From positions 10,129-74,128 of the IMG/VR virus record IMGVR_UViG_3300007609_000013: 64,000 nt of DNA. One strand, given 5' to 3'. The stretch's first letter is position 1, and the number at the start of each line of letters is the position of its first letter. The DNA is from a virus. Of this stretch, positions 56,580 to 64,000 are shown one piece after another. A program made the position numbers and the translations under genes. The notes under the pieces are model-generated. The model searched no databases and was not told the origin of the DNA. It saw nothing but the letters and a program-made list of their open reading frames with translations.

Positions 56580-56840
56580 GTGTCAACAGTAGACATTGAA
56601 AAAGAGAGTTTAGAGGCCCATGTTGAGCTTTGTGCTGAAAGGTACTCTCGTATGGAAGAAAAGTTTTCTAACGTAGAACAGCGATTGACTACAGTGGAAA
56701 CTGTGTTAGTTGACATCAAGCAAGCTATTATTCATCAAAATACCGAAAGACAAAAACAAATAATCGGTTGGGCCATAGGCACAATTGGTTTTTTAGCAAC
56801 CAGCTGCGTAACACTAGTATACATTCTAATAAACACATAA
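56580..56840 (+). CDS. coiled-coil protein with C-terminal TM helix
   Basis: EKESLEAHV.LCAERY; GGAG RBS, GTG start. Confidence 0.65.
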   Translation: MSTVDIEKESLEAHVELCAERYSRMEEKFSNVEQRLTTVETVLVDIKQAIIHQNTERQKQIIGWAIGTIGFLATSCVTLVYILINT

Positions 56841-56844
56841 CAGT

Positions 56845-57129
56845 ATGTTAATCCAAGAAATAACACAAGGCATCAATACACTGGCAGAAGCAAAAATCGC
56901 TTGGGCACGAAGAGGCACCAAGGTTGTTCGCAAGTATAGATGCACATCAGGCAAACGCAAAGGCAGGGTTGTAGCCAGCCCTAGCCAGTGCTTTGCTGCC
57001 CCTGATATTAAAAAAAGAATCAAACTCAAAATGACCAAGGCTAGACTAGGATCACGCATGGCAAGAAAAGCCAAGCGCACCAAAAAAGTCAATCCAGCCA
57101 GCAGAAGAGTAGCGTCGCTAAATAGATAA
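56845..57129 (+). CDS. highly basic small protein
   Basis: K/R-rich; YRC.SG.RKGR.V. Confidence 0.7.
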   Translation: MLIQEITQGINTLAEAKIAWARRGTKVVRKYRCTSGKRKGRVVASPSQCFAAPDIKKRIKLKMTKARLGSRMARKAKRTKKVNPASRRVASLNR

Positions 57130-57130
57130 T

Positions 57131-57991
57131 ATGAAAGCACGTGAATTTGTACAAGAACAGAAGCTGAAAATCACACGAGTGAGTGGTAACAAAGCATTTG
57201 CTGGCGATGGTATTGAGATTGATTTGGACAAGGTTGACGTTGCTCAAGACAACAACACCACCACAATCAAGCCAAAAAAAGCAGGAAACCAACGAGCTAA
57301 TATTCGTCCAGGCCAGACCGTGCAATTGGCCACAGAACAAGATATAGACGAAGGCATAAACGACCCAAACATTTTCAAAGCAATTTTTCTCGCAGGTGGA
57401 CCTGGCGCAGGCAAAGGTTATGTGTACAAAAATACCATGCAAGGACACGGATTGAAAGTGGTTAATCCTGATCAGGCATATGAGTTTTTGATGTCAAAAG
57501 CAGGTTTGTCTCTGTCTCCGCAGGACATTGACAGCGAAAAAGGACAGCAATTGCGAACACGTGCCAAGGAATTGTCCGACAAGCAGGAAGAACTCTACAA
57601 AGCAGGTAGACTAGGACTAGTTGTTGACGGCACTGCCAAGGACGCAGACAAAATTGCCAAAATTAAAACACGTCTTGATGCACTAGGTTATGACAATATG
57701 ATGGTGTTTGTCAACACCGATCTAGAAACAAATCTTGAACAAAACAAAAAAAGACAAAGAACTTTGCCAGATGACATGGTGCGTCAAATGTGGAGCGCAG
57801 TGCAAAAAAACATGGGCAGACTGCAGCAAATGTTTGGCAACAGCAACTTTCATATTATTGACAACAGCATTGACCAAAGAGATAGTGTAGGCGATAAAAT
57901 TAATCAAATATCAAAACAAGTATCATCTTTTTTGAGTACACCGCCTACAAAGCCACTTGCTCAGCAGTGGATTGAACAACACAGTAAATAA
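57131..57991 (+). CDS. zeta-toxin/AAA_33-like P-loop kinase
   Basis: FLAGGPGAGK, NPD, VVDGT, N..R.R. Confidence 0.75.
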   Translation: MKAREFVQEQKLKITRVSGNKAFAGDGIEIDLDKVDVAQDNNTTTIKPKKAGNQRANIRPGQTVQLATEQDIDEGINDPNIFKAIFLAGGPGAGKGYVYKNTMQGHGLKVVNPDQAYEFLMSKAGLSLSPQDIDSEKGQQLRTRAKELSDKQEELYKAGRLGLVVDGTAKDADKIAKIKTRLDALGYDNMMVFVNTDLETNLEQNKKRQRTLPDDMVRQMWSAVQKNMGRLQQMFGNSNFHIIDNSIDQRDSVGDKINQISKQVSSFLSTPPTKPLAQQWIEQHSK

Positions 57992-57997
57992 ACACAT

Positions 57998-58213
57998 ATG
58001 ATTTTAGTAAACCTAGGAAATAATGCAGGTGTCTGGCTGACATCAGCAGAGCATGATCTATATCGTAGAATAAAATTCAAAGAGATTGCAGCCAGCAAAC
58101 TCACAGCAGACCAGCTGGAAACTGCAAGATCGTTGATAAACAAAGCAGTCGTATCAAGGAAAAAACACAATGGCGAACTCTACTACACTGTCCCAGATCA
58201 AGGCAACGTTTGA
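57998..58213 (+). CDS. hypothetical (winged-helix-like) protein
   Basis: A..L.NK.V..R. Confidence 0.55.
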   Translation: MILVNLGNNAGVWLTSAEHDLYRRIKFKEIAASKLTADQLETARSLINKAVVSRKKHNGELYYTVPDQGNV

Positions 58214-58610
58214 TAAACTGATCAAAGTCGAAGTCACTAATTCTCGGTATGTGAATCAAACTGGAGATAAACTGTCGGTGGGCGAATTTTCGATCATTGC
58301 CAACGGTGGTAAGTGGAATGTACAAAAGAATGATCAATGGATCAAAACCTTTGACAACAAAATTGTGGCATATTATTTTGCCTACTATTATCCTGCTCCT
58401 GTGCAAAAAATAAAGTATTTAGAAAGCATAGACAAAAAACTTTCCAATACCAAACAAGACAAAAATTTCCATTTCTCTCGTATAAGATACTACAGCAAAA
58501 CCGACGAATATGAAATGCTAGAGTTGCACGAAAACAGATTCAGCGAGTGCAAAGCTCGTATCAGTCAATGTATTGACAGCATCAGCAAGTATTCTAAATC
58601 TAACTTTTAG
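58170..58610 (+). CDS. hypothetical protein
   Basis: 146-aa ORF in operon. Confidence 0.55.
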   Translation: MANSTTLSQIKATFDKLIKVEVTNSRYVNQTGDKLSVGEFSIIANGGKWNVQKNDQWIKTFDNKIVAYYFAYYYPAPVQKIKYLESIDKKLSNTKQDKNFHFSRIRYYSKTDEYEMLELHENRFSECKARISQCIDSISKYSKSNF

Positions 58611-58648
58611 GCTAAATATTATTACTATATTACAAAGGGACTAAAATC

Positions 58649-59437
58649 ATGCGTCTTGACGATATCAGCAACGATTATACATTTAAAAATCTACAGAATA
58701 CACTAAAAACAAGGTTCAACTATCAACTAAACACACAAGGGTTGACTGTAGAAAAAGCAGACAACATGCTAAAAAGCATGAACGAAAGCTTGGAAAAGTT
58801 TCGGTTGAATGTGAGCAGAAATACTGCTGAACAAAATCCAGAATTTTTAAAGCGCCTGATGGTAAGCGAAGCACTGGAGCTGTTTATTGCAGAAGCCAAA
58901 AAGACACAAAGCCCGTATGCAGTAGGCATGGCACAAGCCATGAAATCAACCGGCGACGAACCACCACTGAAAAAAAGCACTATTCGCAAAGCACACGATA
59001 TTGCAAAGTCTGTGATGAAAGATGACATCAACGAAGACGTAGACACAGGCGAAGCTGAAGTAGTACTGGCTACCAAAGACTTTAGCGATAGACTAAACGG
59101 TATGGTCGAAGACATCGGCGAAATGCTAAACGAAGATTTGTATCCTTTGGTTGACAGCATGCGTGACCAAGTAGGCAGTGAAAAAGCCGAACAGTACAGT
59201 CAGGCTGCTACACAAACACTACAAAAAGCACTACAGGACATTACTGCTGCTCGAGACGGCATGGTAAAGGCCACAGACATCATCACAGGCGAAAGCAGCG
59301 AACCTATGGTGTCTACAGCTGATTCTGAAGAAGAGCTAGATCTAGACATTGACGATGTTGCTGACACAGATTTAGATATCGAGGACGAACCAAGCCAAGA
59401 AGAACCAGTGTCTCTAGGTAGAGAAAAACAAGACTAA
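58649..59437 (+). CDS. acidic putative head/scaffold-associated protein
   Basis: TAAATA upstream; acidic tail, LGREK. Confidence 0.6.
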   Translation: MRLDDISNDYTFKNLQNTLKTRFNYQLNTQGLTVEKADNMLKSMNESLEKFRLNVSRNTAEQNPEFLKRLMVSEALELFIAEAKKTQSPYAVGMAQAMKSTGDEPPLKKSTIRKAHDIAKSVMKDDINEDVDTGEAEVVLATKDFSDRLNGMVEDIGEMLNEDLYPLVDSMRDQVGSEKAEQYSQAATQTLQKALQDITAARDGMVKATDIITGESSEPMVSTADSEEELDLDIDDVADTDLDIEDEPSQEEPVSLGREKQD

Positions 59438-59796
59438 TGAGACTAGTAGAGATAGATTACACACAACAAGGGTTGTCCAATCTACTGACTTTGCTTGATT
59501 TTTTAAGACAGCGTGCACACAAAGAGAGATTAGTAGGTCGTATTAGTTTCTCTGCACTGAGCACTATGTTGAGCAATCTTGGCCAAAGCATAGACTATGC
59601 AAGTTTCAAAAAGTATTACGACAACTACGATGCAGTTAAAAATGTTGTCAAAGATTTTAACGTAGACAGCATCACACTACGCCCATACGGAGACGAAAAA
59701 GATCAGGTAGATCAAACCAACCCTTCCAACGCTGATGAGCCCAGCCTCAACAAAGTTGATACCATGGCAAAAAGAGCTTTACGAAAGCGCAGTTAA
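59437..59796 (+). CDS. hypothetical protein
   Basis: MRLVEI start; V..MAKRA. Confidence 0.6.
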   Translation: MRLVEIDYTQQGLSNLLTLLDFLRQRAHKERLVGRISFSALSTMLSNLGQSIDYASFKKYYDNYDAVKNVVKDFNVDSITLRPYGDEKDQVDQTNPSNADEPSLNKVDTMAKRALRKRS

Positions 59797-59813
59797 CCTG
59801 TATAATAACAGCT

Positions 59814-60491
59814 ATGTTAGTAGAAAAATTTGATTATAAACCTATTTCTCGCAAACAGGTAGAAGGCAAGCGTCTTTACTCTACCCCCGACGGTCATGCT
59901 GTGCCAAGTGTTACTACAATATTGGATCGCACAAAGCCGCGTGAAAAACGTGAAGCACTGGCAAACTGGAAAAAAAGAGTAGGCGAAAAACAAGCTCAAC
60001 AAATCAGCACCGAAGCAGCCAACGTTGGTACTGTGATGCATAAATTTATGGAGGACTATAGTCGAGATGGTGTTTTGCGCGATCCTGGTTCAAACATGAT
60101 CCAACAGCAAGGACACAAGATGGCAAAAGTGATTGTTGATCAAGCAATGAGTCACATGACAGAAACATGGGGCGTTGAAGTTCCATTGTATTACCCTGAA
60201 TTGTATGCTGGGACCACTGACTGTGTGGGTATGTGGAAAGGCAAACCTGCGATAATTGATTTCAAACAAACCAACAAACCAAAAAAAGATGCATGGGTCG
60301 ATGACTACAAAATACAGTTAACTGCTTATGCAAATGCACACAATGCTATGTTTGAGACAGATATTTCAACTGGCGTGATTTTGATGTGCAGCAGAGATTT
60401 TCAATTTCAAATTTGGGAACTACAGGGTGCCGAATTTGAATATTGGAGTCATGCTTGGTGGGACAGGGTTTATGAATTTTACGCCAGCTAA
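59814..60491 (+). CDS. PD-(D/E)XK exonuclease
   Basis: PSVTTIL, GT.MH, YAG.TD, IIDFKQ, QL.AY. Confidence 0.85.
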   Translation: MLVEKFDYKPISRKQVEGKRLYSTPDGHAVPSVTTILDRTKPREKREALANWKKRVGEKQAQQISTEAANVGTVMHKFMEDYSRDGVLRDPGSNMIQQQGHKMAKVIVDQAMSHMTETWGVEVPLYYPELYAGTTDCVGMWKGKPAIIDFKQTNKPKKDAWVDDYKIQLTAYANAHNAMFETDISTGVILMCSRDFQFQIWELQGAEFEYWSHAWWDRVYEFYAS

Positions 60492-61404
60492 AAACTATGC
60501 AGAAGTAGCACAAAGACAAGCATCATGGCAAAAACTGCCAAAGATTAAAAAATTAGATATTGTAATAAGTCGCGCATGCAATCTAAGCTGCGACGGCTGT
60601 GTTACTTTTAGTCAATTCAAAGACATCAAAGGTGTGTATCGTTGGGCAGATCAAAAAGATACAATTTTTAATTGGCTGGATCGGGTTCAAGTCGAAGACA
60701 CAATTTGTTTGTTTGGAGGGGAACCGTTTCTCAATCCCGATCTCCACCTGTATATTAAAGGTATTTGCGAATATTTGGCCAACCAATATAGGCAATCCAT
60801 GTTGTTTATACAAACCAACGGGTTGAAATTAACGAATCGTCCAGAAATACTAGAGTTATATCAAGATCCCGAAATAGCAAGAAGACTGCACATTGACGTG
60901 AGTTATCATACCAGTGACACCACAGCAAGAACAAAAATTGACCAAGGCATAGAGTATTTTAAGAAAGGTATTGCAGAAAATACTAGAGATATTCACGACG
61001 GGTGGACTCATAGTGGTTTTACTGTGACCGACTATGTGGGCAACAAGTGGGTCAAACATTACGAAATTGAAAACAATCAAATAGTACCAAACAATCCTTA
61101 TGCTGGTAATGAATACATCAAAAGCCACGAATGGTGTCATATCAAAAATTTTGTAAATCTATTTGAAGGTAGACTCTACAAGTGTCCTCCAATGGCAGTG
61201 TTGAATGATTTTTTCAAAAGCAGAAAAAGTTATGATCCTGTGTGGAATGATTGGTTAGAGTACAATTCTTGTGGCTTAGAAGATGATTTAGAAAGCTGGT
61301 TAAATGTTCAATCCAAGCCAGAGCGTGTGTGCAACATGTGTTTTGCCAGAAAAGATGATTACTACATAGAGCATGACGGCGAATTAAAATACCCAATAAA
61401 GTAG
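60472..61404 (+). CDS. radical SAM protein
   Basis: CNLSCDGC, FGGEP.LNP, QTNG, LYKCPP, CNMC. Confidence 0.88.
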   Translation: MNFTPAKNYAEVAQRQASWQKLPKIKKLDIVISRACNLSCDGCVTFSQFKDIKGVYRWADQKDTIFNWLDRVQVEDTICLFGGEPFLNPDLHLYIKGICEYLANQYRQSMLFIQTNGLKLTNRPEILELYQDPEIARRLHIDVSYHTSDTTARTKIDQGIEYFKKGIAENTRDIHDGWTHSGFTVTDYVGNKWVKHYEIENNQIVPNNPYAGNEYIKSHEWCHIKNFVNLFEGRLYKCPPMAVLNDFFKSRKSYDPVWNDWLEYNSCGLEDDLESWLNVQSKPERVCNMCFARKDDYYIEHDGELKYPIK

Positions 61405-61437
61405 CATAAATAAAAATAACAGAATTGGAGTACAAGT

Positions 61438-63003
61438 GTGGCAATAGTTCAGATTTCAAAAATACAACACAGGCGTGGATTATCAGAAAACCTGCCTCAA
61501 TTGGCCAGTGCAGAGTTTGGTTGGGTTGTTGATCAAAGACGTCTGTACATTGGCAACGGCAGTCTCACTGAAGGCGCTCCAGAAATTGGCAATACTGAAA
61601 TTCTCACTCAATACAGTGATATTTTGGGTCTTATTTCGTCTTATACATACAAAGGCGAACATGCGGGCTACTCTGTGCAAAACGCCGTTGCTAGAAGCTT
61701 ACAACGCAAGCTAGACGAGCGTGTAAGTGTGTTGGACTTTGGTGCAACCGGAGACGGCAGTACCGATGATACTGCGGCAATACAAGAAGCTATTCAGCAG
61801 GTTTTTATTAGAGAAAACAATCCAGAAGCTCGCAGAGCATTGTATTTTCCGGCTGGCAAATATATTGTCAGTGATGTGATCACTTTGCCACCGTATGCGA
61901 TTTTTTACGGAGACGGTCCGGATAGCACAGAAATAGTACAAACGGGCGGTGATGTTGTAGCAAGAACAGCTGATAGTTTAAATCAAATATTCCCTGCAAT
62001 CGGAGCAAACAGCGCCGATTCGCCAAATCATATCATAGTCAAAGATATGAACTTTACACAAACCAACAACGATGTTGTTGTACAAATTGACAGTGCGTAT
62101 GATTGTAGATTTAGCAATGTCAAATTCATTGGACCCATCGAACCTGCGCCCAGTGTCGATGATAGCACAAGTTGTGTGTTTATGACCAGTACACCAGCTG
62201 AAGATACACACACCATTGTTTTTCATCAGTGCGAGTTTGAAGCACACAATTATGGTATCAAAATTGACGATGATGTGAACCATGTGATCATAGACAGTTG
62301 TACATTTGATAACTTGTTCAAAGGCGTGGTGTTGGGCAAAGACACCACCGGTAGTGGCAATAGTGTAGTTGGACCACGGGCAGTAAAGATATCAAACAGT
62401 TATTTTGACAACATTTACAACAGAGCTATACACGGATATGGCGTGACGCAGAATATCAGCAGTTTTAACACTTTTAGAGATTGCGCCAACGGTCTTGCTG
62501 GAGAAAGCAACCCGATTGCCCCAGTGATTGACTATGGCGACAACGACAACTACAGTATAGCAGATAACTTTGATAGACCAGATGCCGATGATGATTTGTT
62601 TGCAAGAGTAGAATTCAATGGATTTTTGTGCTACAGTGTAGAAAGCGACAATTGGACCAAGCACGGAAGATTAAAAACTTATCCAGGAAAACAAACCACC
62701 CTGCAGAACAATGTAACCAACGCTCTTGTTGATGGACTAGAGTTTGACCTGTTGGATGCAGAAAGTCCTATCATTGAATACACCATCAAGCGAGGACCGT
62801 TTATCTCTAGACGAGGCACGCTTTACATTTCTTTTGATGACGGAAATGTTGATATATCTGATGATTATGTGGAAAGCACTACAAATGCTGGTGTTAGCTT
62901 CAGCGCATTCATTGACGGAGACAAAGTAAAAATCACATACTCAATGGATGATCAAATAGTTGATGCAACTTTTAGATACAATTCAAGAACGCTTGCTCCA
63001 TAG
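61438..63003 (+). CDS. tail/baseplate protein with pectate-lyase-like beta-helix
   Basis: MAIVQIS.IQ.RRG, VSV.DFGA.GDG.TDDTAAIQ, LYFPAG.Y. Confidence 0.75.
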   Translation: MAIVQISKIQHRRGLSENLPQLASAEFGWVVDQRRLYIGNGSLTEGAPEIGNTEILTQYSDILGLISSYTYKGEHAGYSVQNAVARSLQRKLDERVSVLDFGATGDGSTDDTAAIQEAIQQVFIRENNPEARRALYFPAGKYIVSDVITLPPYAIFYGDGPDSTEIVQTGGDVVARTADSLNQIFPAIGANSADSPNHIIVKDMNFTQTNNDVVVQIDSAYDCRFSNVKFIGPIEPAPSVDDSTSCVFMTSTPAEDTHTIVFHQCEFEAHNYGIKIDDDVNHVIIDSCTFDNLFKGVVLGKDTTGSGNSVVGPRAVKISNSYFDNIYNRAIHGYGVTQNISSFNTFRDCANGLAGESNPIAPVIDYGDNDNYSIADNFDRPDADDDLFARVEFNGFLCYSVESDNWTKHGRLKTYPGKQTTLQNNVTNALVDGLEFDLLDAESPIIEYTIKRGPFISRRGTLYISFDDGNVDISDDYVESTTNAGVSFSAFIDGDKVKITYSMDDQIVDATFRYNSRTLAP

Positions 63004-63438
63004 ATGTTTGATCAGAAACCGCAGGATCGTATTTCCTGTTTTAGACGCTGGCGCAACAGCCTACCTGTAGAAGATACAGGAGAATTATGCAAAGCTGTGG
63101 TAGATTTTTGGTGCCAAGCTCCGTTGAGCAATCAATACTATAGTGCAGACTACAATCAAAATTGGCCTGACCCATGGGAAATGCTTGCTGAAGGAGTGTA
63201 CGACGAAGTCATTATAGGACTGGCAATGTTTTACAGCCTTGCAATGTTGGAAAATTCTTGCTACAATACTGAATTGGTGGTTTGTGAACACGACGGAGAA
63301 TTAAAACTCTGTACTAGAGTTGAACAAGAGTTTTTTCTAAATTTTTCTTGGCACGAAGTAGTAAATACATCACAAGTTTTAGAGCAAGCAACAATAATTC
63401 GAACCTATACCAAAAAAGATTTTGAATTCTTAAAATAA
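63004..63438 (+). CDS. hypothetical protein
   Basis: WPDPWE motif; upstream of nrdA. Confidence 0.6.
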   Translation: MFDQKPQDRISCFRRWRNSLPVEDTGELCKAVVDFWCQAPLSNQYYSADYNQNWPDPWEMLAEGVYDEVIIGLAMFYSLAMLENSCYNTELVVCEHDGELKLCTRVEQEFFLNFSWHEVVNTSQVLEQATIIRTYTKKDFEFLK

Positions 63439-63449
63439 TAGAGGATAAT

Positions 63450-64000
63450 ATGTCAAAACCCATTCAGATTGTCAAGCGAGACGGTCGCAAAGAAACTCTT
63501 GACCTAGAAAAACTTCACAAAGTGGTATTTTATGCCTGTAACGGTATCACAGGTGTTAGCCCCAGTGAAGTTGAACTGCGTAGCAATGTGCAGTTTTACA
63601 ACGGAATGAGCAGTAATGAAATACAGGAAACATTGATTAAAGCCGCCGCAGATCTCATCAGCGAAGAAAACCCAAACTATCAGTATGTTGCTGGTAGATT
63701 GATCAACTATCATTTACGCAAAGATATCTATAGAAAGTTTGATCCACCTGCACTAAGATCTATTGTTGAAAAAAACATAGTAAGAGGGTACTACGACAAA
63801 GAATTACTCAAAGCATATTCTGAAAAAGAATGGGACAAACTTGACAAATTTGTTAGACACGATCGAGATGAAAATCTTACCTATGTTGCTATGGAGCAGA
63901 TGCGAGGCAAGTATTTGGTACAAAATCGTGTAACAGGTGAAATTTTTGAAACACCGCAAGTAGCATACATACTGATTGCCGCAACACTTTTTGCTAATTA
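63450..64000 (+). CDS. nrdA: ribonucleotide reductase class Ia alpha subunit (5' part, truncated by window end)
   Basis: ATP cone VKRDG.KE, IQETLIK.AADLI, YQYVA.RL, KYLVQNR.TG...ETPQ. Confidence 0.92.
   Translation, partial: MSKPIQIVKRDGRKETLDLEKLHKVVFYACNGITGVSPSEVELRSNVQFYNGMSSNEIQETLIKAAADLISEENPNYQYVAGRLINYHLRKDIYRKFDPPALRSIVEKNIVRGYYDKELLKAYSEKEWDKLDKFVRHDRDENLTYVAMEQMRGKYLVQNRVTGEIFETPQVAYILIAATLFAN

Noticed and set aside
57131-57991. Epsilon-zeta toxin-antitoxin pair
   Set aside because: No recognisable antitoxin; the context is a late virion operon.
1-64000. CRISPR array
   Set aside because: No repeat-spacer series was seen; the repeats found are tandem coding repeats or two-copy duplications.
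1-64000. Stop-codon reassignment
   Set aside because: Core genes are full length in the standard code, all three stops are used, and there is no suppressor tRNA (the TAG anticodon reads CUA).

Overview
This is a 64-kb segment of a large, lytic T4-like (probably jumbo) tailed-phage genome. It holds packaging and head genes (gp4-like head-completion nuclease, probable terminase small subunit, terminase large subunit) and replication/recombination genes (gp32 SSB, UvsX, UvsY, UvsW, primase, DnaB/gp41 helicase, clamp-loader-like protein, a miniature DnaE-like protein, an exonuclease, and the start of nrdA). It also holds many acidic putative virion-internal proteins, a minus-strand early region with six tRNAs (about 12-17.5 kb), and a roughly 13-kb glycan biosynthesis/modification island (ColD-like dehydratase, Gmd, GT-like proteins, sulfotransferase, methyltransferases). 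Eight SGNH-like paralogues and three radical SAM genes are scattered between core genes. A Usg-family gene and many apparently leaderless genes hint at an alphaproteobacterial host (inference only). Highlights: (1) uvsW is fractured by a naturally split intein with a NUMOD3 + TnsA/gp4-like endonuclease between the halves; (2) an 11-bp-phased DnaA-box array; (3) two related AGGCA-repeat RNA elements, one in the gp32 leader and one 33 kb away; (4) a short-arm tRNA-Leu lying between the separated ends of another tRNA-Leu; (5) a 56-bp duplication bracketing a radical SAM cassette; (6) two candidate pseudoknotted RNAs. All product calls come from motif recognition by eye; no database search was run.
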